A program made the translations under genes and the position numbers. From positions 1-51,143 of IMG/VR virus record IMGVR_UViG_3300014656_000038: a stretch of 51,143 nucleotides of DNA; one strand, written 5' to 3'. Below are positions 38,372 through 48,583 of the stretch, piece after piece. The stretch is from a virus (taxonomy: Duplodnaviria > Caudoviricetes). Within the stretch, counting starts at the first letter, position 1, and each line of letters begins with the position of its first letter. The notes below the pieces were generated by a model. That model was not told where the DNA came from and searched no databases. It saw only the letters and a program-made list of their open reading frames with translations.

Positions 38372-38689
38372 ATGGCAATCATCAAAAGTTTAGAATCAAG
38401 AGTTGGAATCAACGTCAACTATCACCGTATTATTGGAGTCACTCTCAATTATAGGGATAAAAAAGTAGTCATTTGTTTAGCATCCTACTTGGATAAAGAC
38501 AAACGTATCAATGGATTTAATCCTTTGGAAGCTGTTGACATCGAAGTACCGGTTAAAGATTTCGATTTATTTAAAGATGAAAATCCCATCGCATTAGCCT
38601 ATTTGTGGCTTAAAGAAAATGTGATTGGGTTTGATGACTCAGCTGATGATTTAGAAAAAGTCGAGGAACATACTTATGAATCAGAATAA
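38372..38689 (+). CDS. Hypothetical tail-associated protein
   Basis: YHRI...SY...AYLWLK, in operon. Confidence 0.6.
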   Translation: MAIIKSLESRVGINVNYHRIIGVTLNYRDKKVVICLASYLDKDKRINGFNPLEAVDIEVPVKDFDLFKDENPIALAYLWLKENVIGFDDSADDLEKVEEHTYESE

Positions 38690-39338
38690 ACCCATCCTTG
38701 ATAAGGAACGTTTGAAAACGATTGTGGTCAATATGTTTCCAGAACATGAAGTGATGTTTATCTATTTTTGTGGATCCATTGCATACCACACAACATCAAG
38801 TAACTCTGATGTCGATATTACAGTGGTGTTGAGCGGATTTAAAGGGTTGATTCATACATCACTTGAAGGTATTGATATTTTTGGTTATGGGTATGAAGAT
38901 TTTTGTAAAAGACAGGAAATGAATTCTAACATCCCCCTTTATAACCGACTTCATGCAGATGATATCATCAATGCAAAAGAACATCTTGTCTATTTAAATC
39001 CTTTATTTGAGAATGAATTCAATGAATTAGTAGAAACTGATTTTACCAGTTATCTCGACAAATACTTAGATACTGTTATTGAATATTACGATCAAATCAT
39101 CAATAAGGATAATATGCTCGTAAAAAGAGCGTACCATATCTTAAGAATCAGAGCGATTCTTGATACCTATCTTGAAACTGGTGACTATACGCTTATACTT
39201 TCAGATGATTGGATGAAGCGTATTGATGAACTAAAAACAAATTGGGATAAATCAGATGATGGAACATATCTATCAACATTAAGACAATTTTTACTAGAAA
39301 TCAAAGAAATAAGAGATGAGGTGCTCCAGCATGAGTGA
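38676..39338 (+). CDS. Pol-beta superfamily nucleotidyltransferase
   Basis: FCGSIAY...SDVDITVV; helical C-domain with KRAYHILR. Confidence 0.8.
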   Translation: MNQNKPILDKERLKTIVVNMFPEHEVMFIYFCGSIAYHTTSSNSDVDITVVLSGFKGLIHTSLEGIDIFGYGYEDFCKRQEMNSNIPLYNRLHADDIINAKEHLVYLNPLFENEFNELVETDFTSYLDKYLDTVIEYYDQIINKDNMLVKRAYHILRIRAILDTYLETGDYTLILSDDWMKRIDELKTNWDKSDDGTYLSTLRQFLLEIKEIRDEVLQHE

Positions 39339-39633
39339 GCTAGAAGTTACTTTAATGATTATTGGTGTTTCCGGTACTTTCTCAAGTATTCTGTTTGCTT
39401 ATCTAGCCTTTCGAAGAGCTGATAGAAGAGAGGATAAGAATGCAGGAAAGAACGAAGGCATTCTGATTTCTGATTTGGGTTATATCAAATCTAGTACAGA
39501 GCGTATTGAGAAAAGAATGGATAAACTCGATAATGGGTTTTCTGATTTAAACACACGAGTCGCAATCCTAGAAAGTGATGTTAAAAACTTATCCAAAAGA
39601 CATAGTCCAGCAAAGGAGACCAGGAACATATGA
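39331..39633 (+). CDS. Holin/XhlA-like membrane protein
   Basis: N-terminal TM plus coiled coil. Confidence 0.6.
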   Translation: MSELEVTLMIIGVSGTFSSILFAYLAFRRADRREDKNAGKNEGILISDLGYIKSSTERIEKRMDKLDNGFSDLNTRVAILESDVKNLSKRHSPAKETRNI

Positions 39634-40007
39634 ATGAAATAGTCACATCCATTATCGGAATTATTGTTACTACAGTGGTCTTGCCCCTGGTTACACTTGG
39701 TGGAACAAAACTAATTCAATACCTCACTAGTAAGATTAAAGATGATCATGCAAGAAGAATATTATCTTCAATAACATCGAGCGTAGAACGTGCTGTTAGA
39801 GTCGTATTTCAGACCTATGTGGAGTCTTTAAAGAAGAGTGGTACATTCGATAGGGAAGCACAGAAAACCGCTCTAGTCCTAGCTAAACAAGAGGTCACTA
39901 GAGAACTTAGTATTGAAGCAAAAGAATTTATAATTAACAACTATGGTGATTTGAATAAATTTATAAGTAATCAAATAGAAGCTACTATAAATATACTGAA
40001 TAACTGA
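39630..40007 (+). CDS. Holin-like protein (LL-H type)
   Basis: N-terminal TM, AV..V.QTYV..LK, IEA end. Confidence 0.65.
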   Translation: MNEIVTSIIGIIVTTVVLPLVTLGGTKLIQYLTSKIKDDHARRILSSITSSVERAVRVVFQTYVESLKKSGTFDREAQKTALVLAKQEVTRELSIEAKEFIINNYGDLNKFISNQIEATINILNN

Positions 40008-40019
40008 AGTTTCATAACT

Positions 40020-40053
40020 AGTGTCAATCGTATCTTTCGGTTGATACTTTTTT
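40020..40053 (+). terminator. Late operon terminator
   Basis: GTGTCAATCG/CGGTTGATAC stem plus T-run. Confidence 0.75.
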
Positions 40054-40110
40054 ATTCATATAGATTCTAAGGTAATTAGAATGGTATAATATTCTAAAGG
40101 AGTTGGTATT

Positions 40111-41922
40111 TTGTCCAATATAGGAAAAATTACACCATCATCATTCTTGGAAGATGATGCTATTTATACAGTTCAAAGTGTATTGCAAAGACATAAGAAT
40201 ATCAAATGCTATTTTTCATCCAATGATAGAACACCCAATATTGATGGATTTTTTACTGTTGTAGGAAATAATGGAGTTCCCATAAAAAACTTTCAAGTTC
40301 AGATTAAACACATAACTAATGTACTTAAAAATGAAAAAACTGGTAAATATCATATTAGTTTTGACACTAAATTTTTCAATTATCTTCGTGAGAAGATAAC
40401 GTTTGATACTGGTTTTTTCTTCTATGTTGATGAAAAGAATACGATATATTTCGCTTATATAGATGACAGTTTCATTGATTCTAATAGAGATATAATAGTG
40501 AATCAAAATGATATGACTATCAAATTGGATACTAATAACATCCTTACTGATTTAAATGATTTTTACATAAAAGTTTACAATGAGTCCATAAGATTAAAAA
40601 GTCAGTTTCCAATTAAAAGTTATAATCAAAAAAGGGAATTTGATATTGCAATTAAAGGACTAAACAAAGTTTTTGACGAAGATTTTTTATATATTAAAAA
40701 GTACTATTTCCCTCCAGATACCATTAATTTAGGCTTAGCACATTCAAATCATGAAGGTTCAGAGCAATTTGGTATTTTCCCTATATTAGCAGGTAGAAGC
40801 GAACCACATTTAAAAGAATTCGATGGCATGGAAAGTTATATGTATTCAAATCATACTATATTTACAGCTAACTTTGAAGTTAACGATATTAAGGATGACT
40901 TATCTCCTACTGGAATTGTCAACAAAGCGATTGATACTGTAGTTGAGCAATTTTTCAAAACAAATATTTTGCCTACTGAGTATCTAAGTATTGAAATCCT
41001 TAGTGACAATATATATTCTTTCATTGATAGCATGGTTAGAAGAGGTTTGCTAAATGGAGATAATAATTCAGCATTTTATAATAAAGAAATAATTTCGCTT
41101 AAGGAAATTGAAGACTTAATACTTCCCTTGTTTTCATATTTTTCATATATCATACGATCAAATTCTCTTGAGGGCAATGAAAAAATAGCTCAGAGATTAT
41201 TTATCAATGGAATAAACGGATATTTTGGAAGAAATTTGATTGTAGATATGATATCGACCTATATACCCAACAGAATGAAGTCGTATGATCATAAGGATAT
41301 AAACGAAAATCAGATGTATCTATTGCATCATGATGATTTGTTGGTTTACTTGAGTTTCAAAGAATTGACAAAGAGAAATGTTATTGATATAAAAAGACAA
41401 TTCAAACTTCCAAGCCCACAAGAATGGCATAAAGAGTTGGAAGAACACCTATTAATCAACATGAAAAGAATTTACGAGTTATCCTTAAAATCATACAAAC
41501 AATTTGTTGATATGGCAATTCCTAATTCAAAAACTTTTTATCTGACAGGTAGCAAAGGAGTATACTGGTACCACAAAGAATTTGAGGATAATAATATGTT
41601 TGGTGTGAGTGTGAAATACTTTACATACTCGAATAAGAACAGAATAGGTTACATATTGAGTGATGAAGAATCTGTTTTTGAGCAAATGGAGAAAGCTGAA
41701 GAAGATAAAATAGTGTCTCGTGGTTGGGGAGTTTGTAATGATTTCTTAATCAATAATCGTTATATTTTGTACAATACAGTTAGAACTCTTTTGAAGCAAA
41801 GGATTCACGACATCTATGGCTTTTTTAATGATAGTAATGCACTACACTTAACTACCAAACATCCAAACAAAGAAAATAGAGAAAATAGTAAAATTCGAGA
41901 AGTACTTAACAAAATTGAATAA
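40111..41922 (+). CDS. DUF4365-like PD-(D/E)xK nuclease with large unknown C-terminus
   Basis: PNIDG...FQVQIK; own TGGTATAAT promoter and AAGGAG RBS, TTG start. Confidence 0.65.
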   Translation: MSNIGKITPSSFLEDDAIYTVQSVLQRHKNIKCYFSSNDRTPNIDGFFTVVGNNGVPIKNFQVQIKHITNVLKNEKTGKYHISFDTKFFNYLREKITFDTGFFFYVDEKNTIYFAYIDDSFIDSNRDIIVNQNDMTIKLDTNNILTDLNDFYIKVYNESIRLKSQFPIKSYNQKREFDIAIKGLNKVFDEDFLYIKKYYFPPDTINLGLAHSNHEGSEQFGIFPILAGRSEPHLKEFDGMESYMYSNHTIFTANFEVNDIKDDLSPTGIVNKAIDTVVEQFFKTNILPTEYLSIEILSDNIYSFIDSMVRRGLLNGDNNSAFYNKEIISLKEIEDLILPLFSYFSYIIRSNSLEGNEKIAQRLFINGINGYFGRNLIVDMISTYIPNRMKSYDHKDINENQMYLLHHDDLLVYLSFKELTKRNVIDIKRQFKLPSPQEWHKELEEHLLINMKRIYELSLKSYKQFVDMAIPNSKTFYLTGSKGVYWYHKEFEDNNMFGVSVKYFTYSNKNRIGYILSDEESVFEQMEKAEEDKIVSRGWGVCNDFLINNRYILYNTVRTLLKQRIHDIYGFFNDSNALHLTTKHPNKENRENSKIREVLNKIE

Positions 41923-41987
41923 TTAAATACAAGAACATTTTTTATAAGTAGAGAAAAATGTGTTTGAATAAATTGACGGTGAAAATA

Positions 41988-43256
41988 ATGTATGAATTTT
42001 TCTATGATGAATCATTTCACGATCGTAAAATTTCAAATAAGCTATCTGGATTAAATATCCATGATGAATCAAAAAGCGACTCGTACATTGGTACGTTTTT
42101 TGGGTATAGCGCACAATCAAAAAATGAAATAGAAAAACTATTAAATGTGTTTGAATTAAAATACAAGAATTTGTTTGGATTATCAAATAACAAAGAACTA
42201 AAAGGAACCACAATAAATACAAGATTTTACAGACATGGCATTGCAAGCTTAAGTGGTTATGCACTTAGTATGTATCAAGATTTGTTTAAATTATTAATTA
42301 TCCAACCAGTTTTTGTCCAAGTTGTTATTCAAAGTAAAACGGAGTATCTAGTAGAGCAATTTCTAGATGGGTGGATTAAAGATAATATTAATGTGTTTTT
42401 TCAGAATGAATTCAGTATCCCAACATTTAAGTATATCTTCATCAAGTATTTATTCCATCACCGATTTCCAGGTATTTTAAATGAATTAGTTAATGAAAAA
42501 GGTTTTGTTAGTACGTCAGTGATAAAAATGAAAATTGAAGAAGTATTTAAAAGCAGTCTTGAGATTACAATGAAGTACGAGAGAACCAAGGAACAAGCTA
42601 TGGCGATACAAAATATGCTTCAAGTATTTGGCAAACTTGTTATGCCCGAAAGAATCATTCGAATTGACTATAAATGGAGTTACTCTCAGGTTTTTAAAGG
42701 ATTTAATAAGTTTATCAATGTCGCTAACATTGAAAAAGAAAATGTTTCATTAACAATAGATGTTGAAGAAAATACATATGCAGCTGCTGAAAAAGAGTGT
42801 TATGGTTTACTAACTCAAGTTAGATCTGATGATGATTTAAGAGTAAGAATTTCCGATATGATAAGTAACTTCTTTGGAAGAATAATCTACAGATTGCATC
42901 TTGAGTTAAAAGAACCAAATGTGACTGATACTAACAGTTTAGGTCTCAATGACTATAGCAAAAGAAGGCATATTTCAAAAGAGTGGTTTCAACTAACTGA
43001 ACAGCAATATGAGTTATATAGGGATATATCAAGATTTTTAAGAAAAACCTCAAATAATTATTGGAGTTTTTATGGTGGAGTTTTCTTCGATTCATCAATG
43101 TCAATTATTGGTTTGATTCTCTACATCGGTGAAGGATATAAAAATTATTCAGAGTACATATCTATATCTATTTTAGAACATAGTGAACGATGTACTAACC
43201 ATATTTTATCTGGTCTATATAATCAGATGGAAAAATTACAACTATCAATTTTTTGA
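41988..43256 (+). CDS. DUF3800-like hypothetical protein
   Basis: FFYDES start, ELKG, VRISDMIS. Confidence 0.55.
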   Translation: MYEFFYDESFHDRKISNKLSGLNIHDESKSDSYIGTFFGYSAQSKNEIEKLLNVFELKYKNLFGLSNNKELKGTTINTRFYRHGIASLSGYALSMYQDLFKLLIIQPVFVQVVIQSKTEYLVEQFLDGWIKDNINVFFQNEFSIPTFKYIFIKYLFHHRFPGILNELVNEKGFVSTSVIKMKIEEVFKSSLEITMKYERTKEQAMAIQNMLQVFGKLVMPERIIRIDYKWSYSQVFKGFNKFINVANIEKENVSLTIDVEENTYAAAEKECYGLLTQVRSDDDLRVRISDMISNFFGRIIYRLHLELKEPNVTDTNSLGLNDYSKRRHISKEWFQLTEQQYELYRDISRFLRKTSNNYWSFYGGVFFDSSMSIIGLILYIGEGYKNYSEYISISILEHSERCTNHILSGLYNQMEKLQLSIF

Positions 43257-43348
43257 TGATCAAATAAGTATAGTTAAATTCAAATGTTTAATAAACAATT
43301 AACAAATGATATAATTATTTCTAAAGATACTATTTAAAGGGGAATAAT

Positions 43349-44368
43349 ATGGCTATCGACATTAAGTTAGGTATGAAAAGAAAGTTTGATTACCCAAAAT
43401 CGATTAAGGAAGTTGACGAACTAAGTGGAGAAGAGTTCGAACGCTTTGTTTTTAGATATCTTAAAGAATATCAAAGTTATGAAGGACAAATAACAGAAAA
43501 AAACGACTATGGAGTAGACATTTTATTGTGGTATCCAGAAAACAAATCTAATAGATATGGTGTTCAATGCAAAAGATACGGTCCAAAAACAGTATTAACT
43601 GAAAACGACTTGATGAAAATGCAAAAAGGTGTAGATCATTATGGATTAAGAGATCCAAAAACAAGCAAACCGAATTTAATACTTTTTACATCTGCAGAGG
43701 AACATCAAGTGTCAACTAGAGGATTAGCATATATTGAAAACGAAGAGATTGAAGCTTATTATCGTGATGATATTATTGATATATTAAAGCATCTCGATGA
43801 GGGACTTGGTAGAAATATAGATCAATCAAATTATAATAATATTGCATTTGACTCAAGTAAGAAGAAGAATGAATCCTTTAAGGAAAATAGTAAATTTGTC
43901 GATATGCTAAAGAGTGAACGAAAAAATATTTCAAAATATAACAAGATTACACCGGTCTATCTTGTGTATAATGACAAAACCATAGAAGATATAATAATCA
44001 AAAAACCAATAACGGTAGAAAGCCTACTAGAAGTGACTGGGATTGACCATAAGAGAGTTGAGTTGTTTGGATTATATCTTGTTAATAAAATCCGGTTATT
44101 CTTGCAATTAGAGCCACTTCAACCAAAAAAAGAGACCTTGATAAATAAAGAAGAATTTGAAAATTTTTTAAAGGAGTTACGTAAAAAGATTGCAGCATAT
44201 AATAAGATAGATAAATTGTATAACGTATTTAACAACGAAACATTATTAGAAATTGTGGAAAAAATACCAAAGAATGAAAAAGAATTGCTTAATATAAAAG
44301 GAATAGGACCAGTAAAAGTAGAATTATGGGGTAAGTACTTTATAGCTGAAATCAACAAGTTTTTATGA
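43349..44368 (+). CDS. Mrr-like nuclease fused to two HRDC domains
   Basis: LSGEEFE..DYGVD..VQCKRY; two RKxIA/Y.V.N..T...I..K.P....LL.I.GIG units. Confidence 0.82.
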   Translation: MAIDIKLGMKRKFDYPKSIKEVDELSGEEFERFVFRYLKEYQSYEGQITEKNDYGVDILLWYPENKSNRYGVQCKRYGPKTVLTENDLMKMQKGVDHYGLRDPKTSKPNLILFTSAEEHQVSTRGLAYIENEEIEAYYRDDIIDILKHLDEGLGRNIDQSNYNNIAFDSSKKKNESFKENSKFVDMLKSERKNISKYNKITPVYLVYNDKTIEDIIIKKPITVESLLEVTGIDHKRVELFGLYLVNKIRLFLQLEPLQPKKETLINKEEFENFLKELRKKIAAYNKIDKLYNVFNNETLLEIVEKIPKNEKELLNIKGIGPVKVELWGKYFIAEINKFL

Positions 44369-45180
44369 ATAAACCACAATTAATTGAATTTGGACTAACT
44401 GATAATAGTCTTGAAATATACGAAAGTCAAATAAAAAAATATAATGAAATTAGTGATTATATTTTTAAAGAAAAACAAAAACATAATAAAAGCGTAGTCA
44501 AAGCTTGTGTCATACCATCTTTGTTTTTTGTTCCTATTACATTTATTTTATGGGGAAGGTTAAATAATTATGGGGAAGGATCATCACTCTTTGTTTTTTT
44601 TATGTTAGTGGCAACGATAGCATATCCAATTATAATAAAGAAACTATTTTTCATAGAGTTGTATGCTTTAACGGATTTTGAAAAACGGAAAAAAAAGCAA
44701 TTTGAGAAAAATCTTAATTGTAAGAATAAAGATGATATCGTAGACAAAAATCTCGAAAAAAAAATACACGAGTTCAATTCAGCTATAGAAACGTATAAAA
44801 ACGCAACAGATAAATCTCGTCCTACATATTGGAAACTATTGACACACCGTCAATTTGAAATAGAAGTTGCAAATTTATACTCGTTGTTAGGTTATTCCAC
44901 TGTAGTAACAAAAGCAACCGGAGATGGTGGAATTGATGTGGTTATCAATAAGGATGGGAAAAAAACAGGTATACAATGTAAACAGCATTCTAATCCAGTT
45001 GGACCCAATGATTTTAGAGCATTGATTGGTGTTATTGCAAGTCAAGATTATGATCATGGTATACTTGTTTCCCTCAATGGATTTACATCTGCAGTATTGG
45101 ATGAAGCAAGAAAATCACGAATAAGAGTTGAATTGATTTCTTGTAGTGATTTGGTATCGTTAGCAAAGAATATTAAATGA
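44365..45180 (+). CDS. Membrane-anchored Mrr-like nuclease
   Basis: Two TM segments; FEIEV..DGGID..IQCKQ. Confidence 0.82.
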   Translation: MNKPQLIEFGLTDNSLEIYESQIKKYNEISDYIFKEKQKHNKSVVKACVIPSLFFVPITFILWGRLNNYGEGSSLFVFFMLVATIAYPIIIKKLFFIELYALTDFEKRKKKQFEKNLNCKNKDDIVDKNLEKKIHEFNSAIETYKNATDKSRPTYWKLLTHRQFEIEVANLYSLLGYSTVVTKATGDGGIDVVINKDGKKTGIQCKQHSNPVGPNDFRALIGVIASQDYDHGILVSLNGFTSAVLDEARKSRIRVELISCSDLVSLAKNIK

Positions 45181-45385
45181 ATCCATTGATTATCAAAGAA
45201 CCTATCTAGCTTATTACTTAAAGAAAGAAATGTCATACTTAGTGTTTCCACTTTTTTACAGAGGTCTATCCCGAACATCTATTAAACTCGTTTAACTCAA
45301 AAGTTTAAACTTTAATTAACATCAATCCCTACATTTGAAGAAATGGTGCGAGTGTTACATATAACATTTTTAAAAGGAGAAAAAT

Positions 45386-45598
45386 ATGAAATGTCCAGAA
45401 TGCGGTGCAGAACTTAAGGAAACTGAAACTTGTTTTGATTGTATCGAATGTGGTTATTTTGAGGTTAAAGAACCATATTTATCACTAGGTAAACAGAATG
45501 AAGAGTTTCTTAAAAGACTTAGAAATGGAGATCCTTTGGATGATGAAAATGATGATGAGGATTTAGATGATTCTGATGATGAAGATAGTGATGACTAG
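45386..45598 (+). CDS. Small zinc-ribbon protein with acidic tail
   Basis: CPEC/CIEC, D/E-rich C-terminus, AAGGAG RBS. Confidence 0.75.
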   Translation: MKCPECGAELKETETCFDCIECGYFEVKEPYLSLGKQNEEFLKRLRNGDPLDDENDDEDLDDSDDEDSDD

Positions 45599-45712
45599 TC
45601 CAAATTTTAAAGTAACTCTTTTTAAGTAATAGAACGCAGCATGACACATGAGACATAATACCTTCATTAATCATTGTTCATTTTAAAAACTAACAATAGT
45701 GTTTTTGGGTCA

Positions 45713-45785
45713 CAGTTTCCCACTGTGTCCTCCAAAGGGTATGTTGGTGGGCAAAAGAACACTTTTAAGTGTTTTCATCAAAAAA
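45713..45785. repeat. res-like site C
   Basis: TGTCCTCCAAAGGGTATGTTGGTGGGCAAAAGAACACTTTTAAGTGTTTTCAT, near-identical to 50934-50992. Confidence 0.75.
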
Positions 45786-45989
45786 TATATTACGAACCAA
45801 ATTGAGGCAAGAATAAATCTTTTCAAAAAGACATAATCAAAAAAAATGGGCTAAACCGCTTTCTGTGGAAGTGTCCATTTTTTTAATTAGCATGAAAAAT
45901 GAATATATTGCATGATATAATAATATTAATAAAAAGTCAATTTTTTTCGGGGGATTTATACTATGGAAAAAATCACAACTAAATACCCC

Positions 45990-46017
45990 TTGACAAGTTA
46001 ATTTAGATGTGTATAAT
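45990..46017 (+). promoter_or_regulatory. Housekeeping-type promoter of sigma gene
   Basis: TTGACA-16 bp-TATAAT. Confidence 0.7.
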
Positions 46018-46061
46018 TCATATATCAACACATAATACAAAAAATAGAATAGGAGAAACAA

Positions 46062-46982
46062 TTGAAATTGGAAAAAGAACCAACCATTTTTGATTTGGAG
46101 ATAATTGAAGAAGAATTATCAAATCCAAAAGATTTTGTTAATTTAAGTGATCCATTAAGTATCTATTTAAAGGATATTGGACAAGTTAAGTTACTGACAA
46201 GAGAAGAAGAAATCGAACTTGCTAAAAGGGTATCAATGGCTCGTGATTCTGCAGATGAAAAGATTAGCAAACTAGGAAAAGAAGCTAGAGACAGATTAAT
46301 TGTGGCTAATCTAAGATTGGTTGTGAGTGTAGCTAAGAAATATACATATTCCAATGTGCCATTCATGGATCTTATTCAAGATGGAACAATGGGGCTTATG
46401 AAAGCTGTAGATAGATATCAAGTTGAGAAAGGGTTTAAGTTCTCGACATATGCAACTTGGTGGATTATACAATCAATTTCACGGTCAATCTCTAACAATT
46501 CAAGAACTATTCGGATTCCAGCACATGTTTATGATATGTTATCTAAAGTTCGAAGAGTTAAAAGAAACTATGTTAATGAGCACGGCATAGAACCAGACAT
46601 TGAAACTGTCTCCAAAATCACTGGAATATCAATAATTACATTAAAAATGATTAATCTATACATAGAGGATACTTTATCATTGGATAATCCAATTGGAGAT
46701 GGAGATTCTACTCTTAAGGATTCTACTGAAGATAAAAACAACCCGGATCCTGAAGAATACAATAAGATAAAAGAACTCGAAGAATATGTTATTGAAATTT
46801 TGCAAGTATTAAATGAACGAGAGCAAACCGTTATTAAAATGAAATTTGGAATAGAATCTGATGAAAAAACACTAGAACAAATTGGCCAATATTTTGGCAT
46901 TTCGAAGCAGCGTGTAGGACAAATTGAGAGTAGAGCAATTGAAAAATTAAAGAAACAAATGAATATCTTGAATAATAAGTAA
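46062..46982 (+). CDS. RpoD-like sigma-70 factor (accessory paralog lacking region 1.1)
   Basis: DPLSIYL, NLRLVVSVAKKY, DLIQDG, GFKFSTYATWWI, RTIRIP, KTLEQIG. Confidence 0.92.
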   Translation: MKLEKEPTIFDLEIIEEELSNPKDFVNLSDPLSIYLKDIGQVKLLTREEEIELAKRVSMARDSADEKISKLGKEARDRLIVANLRLVVSVAKKYTYSNVPFMDLIQDGTMGLMKAVDRYQVEKGFKFSTYATWWIIQSISRSISNNSRTIRIPAHVYDMLSKVRRVKRNYVNEHGIEPDIETVSKITGISIITLKMINLYIEDTLSLDNPIGDGDSTLKDSTEDKNNPDPEEYNKIKELEEYVIEILQVLNEREQTVIKMKFGIESDEKTLEQIGQYFGISKQRVGQIESRAIEKLKKQMNILNNK

Positions 46983-47038
46983 ATCAACAACATGTTTTAC
47001 AAAAAATCAGAAAACTGAAAACATGAGGTATATGGATT

Positions 47039-48550
47039 ATGGAAATTTTATTGCTCATTCTAATAACTGGCTTGTTTTATATGATAGGACCTGTAATATT
47101 TGTTAAACTACGTGGAAAGGTAACTCGTGGCAAAGCTTTTTTATTTGCATTATTAAATTGGATTATAATTTATGCAATATTTATGACTATTTATTATGCG
47201 ATTTTTCCTGGTGATGCAGACACCACTGTTAATTCAGCACCAGCATTATGGTTATTCGTTTCTTGGCGATATATGACTGTTAAAAATGTTACTAAAAATA
47301 CAACATCTCAAAAAAATACACCAAATTCGATTGATGATGTTGAAAGAAAATTTAGCCTAAGTCTCAAGGATTGCAAAAGGAAAACATTTGCGAGAGGAAA
47401 AATTAAATATGCAGTATTTATATTTGGGTCCGATGACAATAATCAACAAATAGATGATATTTCAGCTTTAATAGTAGTTAATTCGTCATCTAATCAATAC
47501 AGGTATTTTTCACTAGAAGAACCATTTGGAACCTCGTATACACTTTACGAACGTATTTTTGATAAAAAAGGTAAAGAAATAAAACTTATTAGTTATGGTG
47601 ATGTGGAATTAAGTAATATAGATTCATTATCATTAGAGAACAATACTGTGGGAACACCTTTAATTGATCATATTAATACCATAATCATAAAGAAGACTAA
47701 ACCAGAAGCATCATGGTCAGGGGATGGATTAATATGGATGAATCAAACAATGCAAGAAAAGCTTGGGGAAATTGAAAAAACAACTAATCAAACCGATGAT
47801 TATATGGGAAATTATTATAAAGAAATTGAAAAGATTGTAAAAGAAAAAACTCAACAAGTTAATGACTTTAATGAAGCAGTATTGTTATTCGAAAACCAAA
47901 ATACTAAACCAGAAGCAATCAAGATTTTCACAAGATTGGCTAATGAAAACAATCATGATCGCTCACAAAATTACTTAGCTAGTTATTTCTTTTATGATAA
48001 AGATGATAAACCGAAAGCCATTGAATGGTGGGAGAAATCTGCTTCACAGGGTAATGAAGAAGCTATTAAAGAGTTGAAAGCTAACAAATCTAAATTATCA
48101 AAAACAAATAGTGCTTCAAAGAATAAAGAACTACTTGATGGACTTCACAAGGAGCTTTTTACAGCATGGAATCAAGAAGCTATTAATAAGGGGAAATCTG
48201 TTAGTCAAGAAACAAAGAGCAAATTATCAAGAATGTTTAGACAATCATTTGATAAGTGTTTCTCTTGCGAGAAAACAACTATGGGCGATATTCCATGTAA
48301 TTATTATTTAATGATGCCAAGTACTGATATGTTTATTGGGAAAATAAGGGTAATGATTGAAACATTGAATACTCCAAAAAGATATTTAGTTGCAGAATAT
48401 TCCAATAATTCATCCATAATGCTGTGTGAGTGGTTTTTTGAAAACGGAATTGAGATAAAACATGTAAATTATGGACCAATAATAAGCAATAGTTATGAGG
48501 AGATAAATTTTACTAGCCATTTTAAACGTAAAATTGAAGAGATTTTATAA
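47039..48550 (+). CDS. Membrane protein with Sel1-like repeat and duplicated unknown domain
   Basis: N-terminal TMs; KAIEWWEKSASQG. Confidence 0.7.
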   Translation: MEILLLILITGLFYMIGPVIFVKLRGKVTRGKAFLFALLNWIIIYAIFMTIYYAIFPGDADTTVNSAPALWLFVSWRYMTVKNVTKNTTSQKNTPNSIDDVERKFSLSLKDCKRKTFARGKIKYAVFIFGSDDNNQQIDDISALIVVNSSSNQYRYFSLEEPFGTSYTLYERIFDKKGKEIKLISYGDVELSNIDSLSLENNTVGTPLIDHINTIIIKKTKPEASWSGDGLIWMNQTMQEKLGEIEKTTNQTDDYMGNYYKEIEKIVKEKTQQVNDFNEAVLLFENQNTKPEAIKIFTRLANENNHDRSQNYLASYFFYDKDDKPKAIEWWEKSASQGNEEAIKELKANKSKLSKTNSASKNKELLDGLHKELFTAWNQEAINKGKSVSQETKSKLSRMFRQSFDKCFSCEKTTMGDIPCNYYLMMPSTDMFIGKIRVMIETLNTPKRYLVAEYSNNSSIMLCEWFFENGIEIKHVNYGPIISNSYEEINFTSHFKRKIEEIL

Positions 48551-48583
48551 GATATAATTTATAATAAACCACGATATAGGACG

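Larger units (their letters stand above)
272..40053. mobile_element. Temperate siphovirus-like prophage (boundaries approximate; element may extend further right)
   Basis: Ordered integration, lysogeny, replication, packaging, head, tail and holin modules next to a tRNA. Confidence 0.9.
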
